The notes beneath the pieces were generated by a model. It ran no database searches. It had not been told where the DNA came from and saw only the letters and a program-made list of their open reading frames with translations. This document shows, piece after piece, positions 34,962 through 48,294 of a stretch of 64,000 nt of DNA. The position numbers and the translations under genes are program-made. Within the stretch, counting starts at the first letter, position 1; each line of letters starts with the position of its first letter. Origin of the DNA: Tubulanus polymorphus (taxonomy: Eukaryota > Animalia > Nemertea); contig NC_134025.1 of assembly GCF_964204645.1 (NCBI RefSeq), positions 17,893,101 through 17,957,100 of the forward strand, given 5' to 3'.

Positions 34962-37140
34962 ACATATTATAATTTAGATACATTGTGACAAGAAATTAAT
35001 AGAAAAGCCTGGCACAAATTAGGTAGTGGTGCTGGCTTTTAACATTTGATTTTTAAAAAGTGTTAGTTCTGATAAAATAAAGATAAGAATATCTCATAGT
35101 AAAAAATATCAATTTTTAGTTAAAAAACCTATAGCTAAACTGTTAGGAATTACACCAGATAAACTTTATTCAAATGTTGATACTACACCAAATATAATGC
35201 CTTTTACACATTTTTATATTTATTGTAATTTAATTGATCCCACAAAAACATTCGAAGCAACTAAAGATACAATTTTAATTCTGGTTCATTGAATATTCTA
35301 CCATTAAAAAATGTTAAACAATTTTGAACACGAATTAATCATAATTAAGCTGAATGTGATTTTAAACCTTGTATTACACGATTTAATAAATTAGAAGTAA
35401 GCAATCATAATGGATACTTAATTGATTTAAATAATTTTCCTGTAATTTATGAATTAGTTATAAGATGTAAAGAGTATTTTTTATATATATATTTATAAAT
35501 AAGAATATAACAGTAGGACCGATTATATGTTTTGGATTTGATTTTAAACGTGAGAAAGAAATGAAATTTGATATTTATGATGTAATAACACATAATAAAA
35601 ATATTGCATTTTTAATGAAACCACATTCGATTATGAAACAACAATAAATAAGAAAACTTATAGTGTAGAAAAGATTATTGGTTTAATTAGAAATTTTATG
35701 AATTAGATGAAGATTTTATTATCGATGATATTAAAAGAAAAATAACTGAAATGTAAATGAAACTAACAATGTCATAAATATTGAAATAATAATAAAAAAA
35801 ATAAAAAAATATTTTGAAGATGGTAATTTTTTTTCTTAATAAATGGCGGATCAGAAGTGGATAATAACTGGTTCATATAATAAAGCATTACTATCAGTTG
35901 GAACTGTTGGTTATACGATGTTATGGAAGAACGGATTCAAATGGGAAATATTAATGTTGACAGATTTGATATAAATGATATTTTAAAATTAACGTTAGCA
36001 GTAACTTTATCTTATTTAGCAATTGATTATTTGGAAAAAAATATATTCCTCCTATTAACGTGTATTTTTTTGTTAAATAAATGGCATGTGCAATTAAACT
36101 ATTATTGGATCGGCAATTGTTAAAGTTTTAGCATTTACTGGATTTAGTGGATATTTATCCAAGCATATTGATAAAAATGGTTCATTATCAGAACGAAAAA
36201 GACATAATTTAGCATTAGAGAAATATAATAACGCTGCGGAAGAATATAGAGAAAAGAGACTAAATTATATGGATTATATTAACAATGAATTATATAATCA
36301 GAAAATTTCACATAGAGATTTTCAATCAGTCGATGATGCAATGAGTTTATATAACGCAGTAACAAATCGTGAAAAATTATATCTATATAAACCTAAATTA
36401 TCAGATTATTATACACCAAGTAAAGAACAACAACAATATGAAATAATTTGGATTTTAGGTGGAACAATTATTGTTATATTTGTAACATGTAAATTTACTA
36501 ATTATTAATTTTTTTATAATATAAATGGAATATAAAATTTATGGTGTAGATATTATTCCTCATGATATCAATACAACTAAATTGAAAACATATTTAGAAA
36601 AACAAATATTAGAATTTGATAATGATTAGAAAATTAAAAAGAAAAAATATGTAAAAAGTAAAATTATATATTATTCTATTATTAGTGGTTTAGTTACAAT
36701 TAGTTCGGTGATAAAATTTTTAGCACTATTCAGTCTATTAACACCTTTAGCTATATGAATTGGCGTTTTAGGTTTAAGTTCAAGTGTTTTAACTGGTATA
36801 AGTTCAAAATTGAATATAAAAAGTAATAAAGAAAAAATTAAATCAAATATAAAAGAAATAATAAAATTAAAAAGTACGTTAGATTATATAATAAGCTTAA
36901 ATGGTAATATAACTATTGAAGAACAAGATAAATTATTAAAAGAATTGATAAATTATTAATTTTTTTATTATATAAATGGTAGATGGTTTTCCAAAAGCTT
37001 TCCAACATAATAAATCAATTAAATATAATATTCCAGCAATAGATTTTACTAAAAAAATATTACATATAGAAATGAAGTTTTAAATTCATTAATTAATTTA
37101 GACATTTTTGTTACTGAAACTAATAATTTTAATGTTAAGA
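34962..37140 (+). pseudogene. Decayed penton 3' part and small structural-module genes of B-plus
   Basis: Collinear with 9370-11330 of A1; many stops. Confidence 0.85.
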
Positions 37141-37564
37141 TCAGTGATCAGTGACGCGGTCAGTAACTCGGTCAGTAAGCGACACAAATGTTTTGCACAA
37201 TACCGGTACTAACCAAGCGTTTCTTAATAACCTAACTAACAATACTACTAACAACTTGAACTACCGCAAATTACCCACCGATACCGGTACCGGTACTACG
37301 AGGAGAGATGCAGAACAAACTCATATCACTTTAGAAATCTTAGATCCCCATCGTGAATCAGACTGTTCAGTTGAACACTGCTCTGTTGAAGAATTTCCTC
37401 TAAAAGAACATGATGTAGGCCTACCAAAATCCCAACGAGCGAGATACCAGTTAGCAAAAACTAGCCGTTTATTTCGATCACCAGAAGACGATCCACCCGC
37501 GACAGTTGAAAATATAGTCACACCGTGGTCTTGGAGAAAGTAACCAGTAACACCCATACCTATC

Positions 37565-38443
37565 ATGAAAATTTCTAAAGTGAAATGTCTTTATACGGAC
37601 CCGTCAGATGTAGAATACCCGATAGAGACAATAACAGAAAAGCAAGCAAACAAGAAACGTAAAATCAATACTGATTCGCCTCTAACCGATACCAGCTGCG
37701 ATACAAACGTGGCCGGTTTTCTTAGGCCTGTTGATATGCCCTGTATTAAAGAAGTTGTAAAAGAAGCCATGAGTGAAGTTGCCAACCAGAAAGTCGACAA
37801 AGAGGATTTCAGTCAACTGGTAGCAGAATTTGCGAAACTAAATACTCGAGTAGAAAACTATATTGGAACTGGTGAAACAATCCAAGATACGGCGAATATT
37901 ATGAAGGAAGAGATTGAAACCAACATCTTGAATAAAGTTGAAAGTGACCTTGCCAAAATAAAAACAAGTATTTTCGAAACGAGGGAGAGGAGAACGCACT
38001 TAATCTTATACAATATTCCTGAATGTCAAGACGATGACTGGAAAGCGAGGTTTATCCATGACAGCGATGAAGTAGAAAAATTCTTAACTATTACGTTGGG
38101 TGCATCAGTATCTAAACCGAAACACATAATGCGCCTTGGCAAAACTAAAAAATCGAACGGACTAGCAAGACCAATCCGGGTTATCATGGTGCGAGAATGG
38201 GAGAAAGACTTGTGTTTAGAACGATATATCAACGAAGTGAAATTTGGACGAGAAAAATTAGACGGAATATCGATGAGTGAGAACAAAACTCGTATCGAGA
38301 TGCGAAAATACAAGGAATTAAAACAGTCCTTAGAGGAGCGCAAGAAAAATGGTGAAACTGACCTTGTGATTAGAGATAATCGAATTGTGAAGAAGAAGAA
38401 AAAGAATTACTTTCAACAATCGGGACACGAACCAACCAATTAA
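37565..38443 (+). CDS. LINE ORF1 (coiled coil + RRM-like)
   Basis: LILYNIPE...IMRLGK...RPIRV, typical of CR1/L2 ORF1p. Confidence 0.8.
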   Translation: MKISKVKCLYTDPSDVEYPIETITEKQANKKRKINTDSPLTDTSCDTNVAGFLRPVDMPCIKEVVKEAMSEVANQKVDKEDFSQLVAEFAKLNTRVENYIGTGETIQDTANIMKEEIETNILNKVESDLAKIKTSIFETRERRTHLILYNIPECQDDDWKARFIHDSDEVEKFLTITLGASVSKPKHIMRLGKTKKSNGLARPIRVIMVREWEKDLCLERYINEVKFGREKLDGISMSENKTRIEMRKYKELKQSLEERKKNGETDLVIRDNRIVKKKKKNYFQQSGHEPTN

Positions 38444-38555
38444 AGTCGGTGTCCCAAAAACTTATCATAATTTAGAATCAGATGGAAATTTAATATCAAG
38501 AAAAAAATCAGTTATTAAAGAAAAAGCCTTAAATCATAATCAAAATGCTAATGGA

Positions 38556-39805
38556 ATGATTCAAATCAACTCGTTAAACTGTCTATTCACAAATGCCGAT
38601 CAACTCTTCAATAAATTTGACGAATTCGAACTGTTAGTTAATCAACAAATGCTCCAAATCATAGGAGTATGTGAAGTTAAACCGAAAAATCAACGGAGAT
38701 ATAGAGCTGTTGAAAACATATTGATACTAGATGGCTATGATTGTTTTACACATTTTTCCTCTAACGAAGAAGGGCGTGGGATATGTTTATACATTAAAAC
38801 TAACTTAAGTCCAGTGAAATATTCAACTAAACAGACCAATGAATTTGCAGAAAACGTCTGGGCGAGAATTAATGTCGGTGATAAAAGATCATTATACATC
38901 GGTTGTATTTATCGAAGTCCGAACTCCAGCAAAGATAACAATGACAATCTAATGAACTTGTTAGATGATATATCGCGATGGAATGGTTAAGTACTTTTCT
39001 TTGGTGATTTCAACTACGGCGAAATTGACTGGACAATCTCGCCGTGTCTCAATCTGGCCAAACACTCATCCAGCATCACAATTTCTAGTGAGTAGCCTTG
39101 ATGCATTCTTGATTCAACACCAACTTCAACTATCTCGTTTTAGAGCCGATAACAGACCCAGTAATTTGGATTTGATATTTACTAACACAGACGAGAAAGT
39201 CAAAATCATCTGTCACAATGCAGGTCTAGGAAGAAGTGACCACAATTTAATTTCATTCGAATATGAAACTGAAACTATATATGACAGATCACTCTACAGG
39301 AGAGTTCAGTATTCGAAAGGTGATTACAAGAAACTGTGCGAATTAATGTCTGTTGATTGGGAAGAGTTATTTAATGGTAAAAATCCCGAAGAATGTTGGC
39401 TGATCTTTAAGAAAAAATTAAATGCTGCTATAGAGATATGTATCCCAACTATCAAAATTAACAGAGATAAAAAACCAAGACCGCTTTGGATGACAGTGTA
39501 CCCTCAACTCTGTAGAAGCAAAAACCAAAGCATGGAAAAAATTCCTGAAAACTAGAAGCGACCAAGACTACAGCATCTGCATTGAGGCGAGAAAAAGATC
39601 ACGATCAGATGTGAGAAAAGCAAAAAGAGATATAGAAATTAATATTTTTATTTCTGTGAAGAGTAATCCGAAAGTTTTCTGGCAGTATAACAATGGTATA
39701 CCACATTTTATTGTTCCCGATGATGGAAATCGCTATACTGAATCAGACGAAGAAAAAGCGGAAGTTTTGTCAGAGTTTTTCTGATCCGTTTTTACTCATG
39801 AAGAC
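38556..39805 (+). pseudogene. LINE ORF2 apurinic endonuclease domain, frameshifted and truncated
   Basis: CLFTNADQL, IGVCEVKPK, GCIYRSPNS, GDFN, LDLIFTN, GLGRSDH, then NPKVFWQY and SVFTHED. Confidence 0.88.
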
Positions 39806-42197
39806 CGGTTCCTGAACTTCGCTGAAAAAGCTGAAACACTGAAAAGCTGAAACGCTGAAATAAAAACGCTGAAATTTCAGGGAATTTCCGAAAAACGCCG
39901 AAATTTCAGGGAATTCCCGAAAAACGCTGAAATCGTGCTAGGTACCGACAATACACGTTTTGAAATGTTTTCCGGGCCGGTGTCCGCTGACGAGTCCTGA
40001 ACCGTGTTTTATGCTCTACCTTCGGTTACAGAGACATGCCCGAAGGTCGTCGTCATGATCGACTTGATCGATTGCGGATTGCGTGGATTGTTAGATGTGT
40101 TTTTTGCCATAGTTTTATGTGCATATACCGGTACGATCTAACAATGAAGTTATCACTTCATTTGAACAAATTCTTAATCACAGTAATATTAATTCACAAT
40201 ATTTTTTCTTATGTTTGGTGATTTCTTGCAACTTATCATTGCCAAGTCTCATACAAGTAGTAGCTGAATGAAAGTACAGTTGAAAGTACAGTTGGGTTAT
40301 CAGGCTGAACCTGATAACCCAAATTAAGTGCTAGCATGGAACTAATGATTATTTTGATTCTATTTTCGGTGTCATTGAAATTCGTTAATAAAGGTTCAAC
40401 CGTCATAGTATACTGTACTTAGCATTGCTACAATTGGGTGCCATATTTCTACAATTTCTACAAGGAGGAAGGAATCTTTAAGTGTCTTTGTTCCCGGGTA
40501 GGGTACGGGGTAAAACCTGGTTTACTTTCTCTTTCGACTTGCCGGAGACTACTATCTGCAATGTATTGCATGCTTTGATGTGTCTGGCCTATAGGAGTCG
40601 AACGATATTTTTTTCCCATACACAGGCATGGCTTTAGTGTAGATGAAGGCTAGGCACTGCACATTGTGGATTGACTGGAACTCTTAACTCACAAAATTAA
40701 ACGAGTCAACAAGAAAGATCCAATAATTGGACATTTGTCTAACTATATTATTTAACAGCTTGAAATAATACATAACACATTCTGCAAGAGTATACAAAGG
40801 AAATCAGTTCTTACATTATATCAGAATCAATAGTTCGCTTAACTAGAATTCTGGTTCCATTGCTTCATATTCTAATGAAATCCACTAGTATACCTTAGAA
40901 TATCGCTTAGCTTAAGACTAAAAATTTGGTACCAGGAAACAGGGAAGAAAAGTGGGTGTACTGTACATCCGCAATTGACTTATTTCTCTCTGGTTGAATC
41001 AAGTTATAATTGAAATAGCATTCGAATAGCCATTTTATTTTTAAAAATTGTGTCGTTCAGCTATCCTGCTGCAAATTTCGCAGTTGAAGTTTACTGGTGC
41101 CATCTGATTTCTCAGTATCTCAAAAAATTTGCACATTCTAAGCCTGAATCTAAAAATAGAAAAAGGTGCATTTTAGTCGGATATAAAAGAATAGTGGCTA
41201 ATACACCCTGGACTATATAGCCTATGGGGTGGGCCTAGTTTGAAAGCACTGAGGTCCGAGAGAACAGCACTTAGTAAATAAATACTGAAATTAAACTTAC
41301 AAAACACCCAGTACTTGAGATGATGTACTTGACAAGAAGTGTCACCAGCTAAGCAAATCAACTTTGTCTATGACTCCTCCTTTTATAGATTCAGTAGTAG
41401 TCTAAAAATAAGAATCGGTACATTTTTCTAACAGTTGGTATGTCATTTCTTCAAAAAAAACTAATTATTATCACGCCACAGCAAATAAATTATTCACAGT
41501 TGTTGAATGGTTAGCCCGATTTAGATTAATTGGTTGACGCTAATCAGTATGACCCATACGTAGGGGCCTACTGCATGCCATTGGCGTCAATCCATTCCAT
41601 TCCATTCCACAGTGAATTAAAAAGAAATTTAGTTAGATCCCTTTTGTCCAAAAGCTGCATCATTTATATAACTAGCTGTCAAATTTAATTTACCTCCTTC
41701 AGAGAATACCATAGTGACATAGTCCGTCGCCCATCAACGTGTTGACAAAAGAAAAGTTGCTCCATGTTTTATACATGAACGTTCAAATAAGATATTTTGC
41801 GTCTTGCAGGGAATATTGAGCATAGTGTTTAAGTTGGCTTGCACGGTTTGTGAATGGGTTTTCCTCATTATGCTGCCTGTATGCATTAAAAATCCGGATT
41901 TCAAGCGAATTAATTTGTCCAACAAGTGGCCCTCTAAAAGTATACTCCACACATACTGTCCATGCGTGTCTCTGTAACCGAAGGTAGAGACTAAAACACG
42001 GTTCAGGACTCGGCAGCGGACACCGGCCCGGAAAATATTTCAAAACCTGTATTGTTGGTACCTAGCACGATTTCAGCGTTTTTCGGGAATTCCCTGAAAT
42101 TTCGGCGTTTTTCGGAAATTCCCTGAAATTTCAGCGTTTTTATTTCAGCGTTTCAGCGTTTCAGTGATTCAGCTTTTTCAGCGAAGTTCAGGAACCG
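39806..42197. mobile_element. Non-autonomous DNA transposon with ~230-bp TIRs
   Basis: CGGTTCCTGAACTTCGCTGAAAAAGCTG... (39806-~40036) is the reverse complement of ~41967-42197; many GCTGAAA subrepeats; no transposase. Confidence 0.85.
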
Positions 42198-44564
42198 ACA
42201 TTATAATGACAGAAGAAGATAAAGCAGCATTTGAGTTTGCAGATAAATGTTATTATTGTGAAAAGATATTTAATTATAAAGATAAAAAAGTAAGAGACCA
42301 TGATCATTTGAATGGAAAGTTTAGAGGCGCTGCACATGAGAATTGTAACTTACAAGCTAAGAAAATCAACTTTGTACCAGTTATATTTCATAATCTATCA
42401 GGATATGATGCTCATTTATTTATCAAACAGTTATGCCATAAAATAGAACAAATCAATAATGAAATAGAAAGATTAAATTCAAATAAATCAAAAGATAAAA
42501 TACCAACTTATAAATTTAAAATGTTAGCTAGAACATCTGAGAATTATATATCATTCCAATTTGGGTGTTTAAGATTTATAGATTCATATAGATTTTTAAA
42601 TAGTTCATTAGATAACTTATCAAAATCATTAGTTGATGATGAATTAAAAATATTAAAACAACACTACCCAAATAATGATGATTTTAATGAGATATAAAGG
42701 CGCAATTCCATATTCATTTTATAAATCACATAATGATTTTAACATAACTGAATTATTGAAAGAACAATTCTATGATGAATTAAAAAATGAATATGTTAAA
42801 GATGAAGTCTATAATAGAACATTGAATATTTGGAATCATTTTAAAATAGAAAATCATCGGCAATTAGTAGATTTATATCTAAAATCAGATGTATTATTAT
42901 TAACCGATATATTCGAAAGGTTTAGAGATGTAAACCTAAAATATTTCAATATTGATCCTTGTCATTGTTATTCAAGTCATTCAGGATTAACATGGGATTG
43001 TGGTCTAAAATTTACAGATATAGAAATCGATTTGTTAACAAATATAGATCAATTATTATTATTTGAAAAATCTATAAGAGGAAGAGTTTCAGGTGTATTA
43101 GGGGATAGATATTTCAATGTAAATGATAACCCCGGATATAAGTTATTATATATAGATGCAAATAATCTATATGGTTGGGCAATGATGGAACCACAACCTT
43201 ATGGAGTATTTGAAATAAGTGAAGTTTCACAACATGAAAATAATGATAAATTTGATTGGAAGAAAAGAATTCTAGATATTGCAGATGATTCAGATACTGG
43301 TTACTTCTTTGATGTAGATTTAGAATATCCTGAACATATTAAATTTAAATCTAGAAATCTAGCATACTGTCCAGAACATAAAACTGTAACTCATGAAGAA
43401 TTATCAAATTATCAAAAAAGAATTAAACCCGAAAATCATATTCATACAGAAAAGTTAATGGTAACTCAAGAAGATAAATATAATTATGTAGTACATTATA
43501 GAATGTTGAAGCTTTATCTAAAACAAGGAATGGTTCTAAAAAAAGTACATAGTTATATTTCATTTAGTCAATCTAAGTGGTTAGAAAAATATATAGATTT
43601 TAACACCAAACAGAGAACTGAAGCTAAAACTGATTTCGAGAAAGATTTCTTCAAACTAATGAACAATGCATTTTATGGTAAGACTTGCGAAAATATTAGA
43701 AATAGAAATGATATTGAGTTAGTTAGTAATTGTAAAAGGATAAGGCATTTACAATCATATCCTAAGTTTTTAGGTAACAGAATATTTGATGAAAATTTAG
43801 CTGCAGTTAAAATGAGAAGAACTTCTATGAAATTTAATAAACCCATTTATGTTGGAGCATCAGTTTTAGAAATATCAAAATTACTAATGTATGAATTCTA
43901 TTATAATGTATTACTACCACTTTTTGGAGAAAAACATATAGAAATCTTATATTTTGATACAGATTCTTTCATATTAAAGATAAAAACTAATAACATAACT
44001 GATGATTTAAAAACATTAAAACATCATTTTGATTTCAGTAACTATCCTAAAGATCATGAATTGTTTAACAATGATAATAAAAAAGTTCCTGGTAAATTCA
44101 AAGATGAATTAGGTGGTGAAGAAATGATTGAATTCATCGGTATTAGATCTAAAATGTATTCCTATAAAACTAAAGAACATGAAGCTAAAAAGTTAAAAGG
44201 AATAACCAAAAGCGTTGTTGAAAAGAATATTCATTTCAAAGATTACATCAATTGTATATTCAATGAAGAAGTTAGAAAACATAAGATGAGATGTTTAAGA
44301 TCTGAAGATCATGAAATGTTTATTGAAGAGATAGAGAAGATAAGTTTGAATCCATTTGATGATAAAAGATATATTCTGGATGATGGAATTCATACAGTTG
44401 CTTATGGATGTAATTTAGATGAATACTTAAAATTTAAAAGAGAAGAAACAAAAGAGAACGAGATAATGATAAGAATTCTAACGTGTTCATCAAATTTTAA
44501 TAAAAGTATGTATTATAAATGGAGAGTAAACAAACACACAGTGAGAACAACAAATTATTTCTAG
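42198..44564 (+). pseudogene. polB: pPolB, 5'-truncated, intein-less allele
   Basis: DHDH EndoVII motif, FHNLSGYDAH, YIDANNLYG, KLMNNAFYGK, YFDTDS (empty site 43958/43959); frameshift near 42685. Confidence 0.95.
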
Positions 44565-44872
44565 ATAGAATAAAAGATACTTCAAATGTCAAATCAGTAG
44601 ATTATAAATTTAAGAAGTTAAAAGAATTAATAATCCATAAGAAATATCTAATTACAAATATTGATACAGTTACTAACAAATATGGAGATAAATTAGTTAT
44701 ACACTTAGAATATGAAGGATTAAAAGGAAATACATATAAATTCAGAACATATTTACCAGATAGATTTCATAGATTATCAAGTGAAGATTTAGAAGAATTA
44801 TGTTCTGGAGATTTCTATTTCGTATACAAAGGTAAGAATGAAAAGGGGCACCATGAAATAGATTTCGAATAA
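44519..44872 (+). CDS. Conserved 117-aa Polinton protein (possible SSB)
   Basis: Intact homolog of 8756-9109. Confidence 0.6.
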   Translation: MESKQTHSENNKLFLDRIKDTSNVKSVDYKFKKLKELIIHKKYLITNIDTVTNKYGDKLVIHLEYEGLKGNTYKFRTYLPDRFHRLSSEDLEELCSGDFYFVYKGKNEKGHHEIDFE

Positions 44873-44886
44873 AATATGTAAAATAA

Positions 44887-45507
44887 ATGGTAGAATTAAA
44901 AGAATACAGAATATTTGTTGATTCTAGAAGACTTACAAATTATAAATCTCATAATTTACTAGTACAATTAGATAGAGAATTCAAGAATTGTGTCGATTTA
45001 AAATTAGTAAATATAAGTTTATGTAATTCTTTTTATAATATATCGGATAAAACTATTGAAGATAATACTTTTTAAATTCATATTAGAAATGTAAATAAAT
45101 GGTTTCATCTAATTTTAAAACCAGGATTATATAATTTAGAAACATTAGCTCAAGAAATTAATCGAAGAGCACGGTTGAAAATTAGAAGAGATGATAAATT
45201 TTTAATTAGATTTATAAAAAGTGATAGCACAAATAAAATTAAAATAAAGGTATATGATGAAAGTCAACATGCATTTATGGTAAGGAAACCTTTAGCTAAA
45301 CTGTTAGGAATTGTACCAGATACTGTTACAGGAAACGTAGACGGTAATTCAAATATAATACCTTTTACACACTTTTATATTTATTGCAATTTAATTGATC
45401 CTACAAAAACATTTGAAGCAACTAAAGATACAACATGTAATTCTAGTATATTAAATATTAATTTAAATTAATTAATTTATGAATTAGTTATAAGATGTAG
45501 AGAGTAA
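44887..45507 (+). pseudogene. Minor capsid protein (penton), disrupted
   Basis: IFVDSRR N-terminus, stop at 45073-45075, deletion near 45465. Confidence 0.75.
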
Positions 45508-45523
45508 TTTTTTCACTATATAA

Positions 45524-46937
45524 ATGAATATAACTGTTGGACCGAGCATATGTTTTGGGTTTGATTTTAAACGTAAGAAAGAAATGAAATTTAACATTAA
45601 TGATGTAATTACACATATCAAAAATATTGCATTTTCTAATGAAACAACATTTGAGTATGAAACAACAATAGATAAAGAAACTTTAAATGTAGAAAAGATT
45701 ACTAATTTAATTAGAGAATCTTTAAGATTTTATGAATAAGATGAAGATTTTATCATCGATGATATTAAAAAAATAATAATTGAAATATATACAAATGAAA
45801 CTAGTAATGAAATAAATGTTGAATTAATCATAAATAAGTTAACTAAATATTTTGAAGATAGTAATTTTTTGATGAGTGATAATAAGTGGATAATAACTGG
45901 ATTATATAATGGCGCATTACTATCAGTTGGAACTGTTGGTTATTCAATGGTATTAAAAAAAGTATTTAAAATGGGAAGTGTTAATGTTGATAGATTTGAT
46001 ATCAATGATATTTTAAAATTAACATTAGCAGTTACTTTATCTAATTTAACTATTTATTATTTGGAAAAACAAAAATATATTCCTCCCATATAAATGCGTA
46101 ATTATTTTACTAAATAAATGGCTTCTGCAATTATAACTATTATAGGATCAGCAATTGTTAACGCTTTAGCATTTACTGGTGGTGGTTATTTATTTAAACA
46201 TATTGATAAAAATGGATCATTAACAGAACAAAAAAGACATAACTTAGCATTAGAGAAATAGAATAAAGCAGCAGAAGAATATAGAGAAAAGAGACAAAAC
46301 TATATGGATTATATTAACAAAGAATTATATGATCAGAAGATTTCACACAGAGATTTTCAAAGAGTCGATGATGCAATGAGTTTATATAACGCAATTACAA
46401 ATAAAGAAAAATAACATCTATACAAACCTAAATTATCAGATTATTATACCCCAAGTAAAGAACAACAGAAATATGAAATAATTTGGATTTTAGGCGGAAC
46501 TGTTATTGTTATATCTGTTGCTTATAAGTTTACTAATTAGTAATTTTCTTTGCTAAATAAATGGATGATAAAGTTGATAATATTGATATTATTCCTCATG
46601 ATATAAATAAAACTAAATTAAAAATATATTTAGAAAAACAAATATTAGAATTTGAAAGTGATTTAAAAGTTAAAAAGAAAAAATGTTTAAAAAATAAATA
46701 GCAATATTCAGTCCATTAACACCTTTAGCTATATCAATTGGCGTGTTAGGATTAAGTTCAAGTGTTTTAACCGGCATAAGTTCAAAATTAAATATAAAAA
46801 GTAATAAAGAAAAAATTAAAACTAATATAAAAGAAATTAAGAAATTAAAGAATACACTAGATTATATAATAAGTTTAAATGGCCATATAACAGTTGAAGA
46901 ACAAGATAAATTATTAAAAGAATTAGTTAATTATTAA
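45524..46937 (+). pseudogene. Four small structural-module/membrane genes of A2
   Basis: Homologs of 9861-11177 starting at 45524, 45872, 46118 and 46561; several nonsense codons. Confidence 0.8.
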
Positions 46938-46953
46938 TTTTTTAATTATATAA

Positions 46954-48278
46954 ATGGCAGATAGTTTTCCAAAAGCTTTCCAATATACTAAATGAATTAA
47001 ATATAATATTCCTGCAATAGATTTTAATAAAGATATTACATATAGAAATGAAGTTTTAAATTCATTAATTGATTTATATATTTATCTTACTGAAAGTAAT
47101 AATTTTCATGTAAAGATAGAAAATATATTTCATGTGTATACAATTAATTTCAAAAATTTAAATGAGGCAAAACAATGGTTATTAAAATCTAATATGAAGA
47201 ATTAGCAGAACCAATTAAATTTTGCTGTTTATTGCGCAACAACAGGATGTGGTATAAGTTGGAATGATCATTTAAACAAACCAAGTTTACCATTGATGTT
47301 ATCACTTTTTAGATTTCATTCTTATTTTCAAATAAAATTAATATTAGATGAATTAGAATGTCCTTTACCAGGTTCAAAATATTTAAGGAATTGAATAATA
47401 ATATTAATTTTTCTAAGTTTTATAAAATATGTAATGAATTTGATATTAATTCAAATAAAGATTTTAGAGCAAAAATTGGAACAATGGGTGGATTAGGAAT
47501 ATTGCATACTAAAGAATTTGGAAAAATAATGACAAATTCAGATATAAGAACACTAAATTGGAATGAATTACCAAAATATTATAATAATATACAACAACAA
47601 AACAATAATGGTTGGGTTAATTTCATTTTAGAAAATAGTGAAGGTTTTACTAAAGCTGGTATACAAAGAATAAATCAATCTATTAGAACTTATTTAATTT
47701 GTATTTTAGGTGCGCAAGTTGAAACAAGATCCCCAATAATTGGAAATGATAACACTTCATTTGATGCGCAGAAAAAATTCAAAGTATTATTTGAAGATTC
47801 CATTCATAATGATAAAAATAGATCGATTCCAGAAAACATTGTAAGATATCAAAATTATTTAGATAGATCACATATTAGACTAAATTATTGTATAAGCCCT
47901 AATCTATTAATTATTTCTAATGATTTAGTATTAAAGATGGGAAATATAATAGGTTACAATAATCTAATTAAAACTGCAACAATAAATAATTCATTTGGAT
48001 TAAATGATATAAATAAAAAGATTATCACTGCTCCAAAATTAATGGAAGGTGAAAAAAATAAAAAACATATTCAATCAACAGAAACTAAAACTAATAATAT
48101 TAAATCAAATAATGATTCTAAAATAAAAGATTACAATACTACAGAAAATATAGATACTGATATTATTCAACATGAAATAATTAAACTAAATGATGATAAT
48201 AAATCCCATGAAAATACTAAATTAGCTATAACTTGTATAGGAATTGTAATCGGAGGAATATTATATTTTAAATTTTAA
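46954..48278 (+). pseudogene. ~440-aa conserved Polinton protein with C-terminal TM
   Basis: MADSFPKAFQY...NQLNFAVYCATTGCG...SIRTYLICILGAQVETRSPI...LAITCIGIVIGGILYF; internal stops and a frameshift. Confidence 0.75.
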
Positions 48279-48294
48279 TTTTATAATTATGTAA

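Larger units (their letters stand above)
23551..37140 (+). mobile_element. Polinton subfamily B fragment (B-plus), split by a 7.5-kb nested insertion
   Basis: pPolB 3' half, Zn-finger gene and penton start (27187-27420). Resumes at ~34962 with the rest of the penton and small genes, up to the LINE at 37141. Heavily decayed. Confidence 0.88.
37141..39805 (+). mobile_element. CR1-type LINE, 5' portion (RT lost)
   Basis: Abrupt switch from Polinton sequence at 37141; ORF1 plus APE endonuclease; cut by the TIR element at 39806. Confidence 0.85.
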
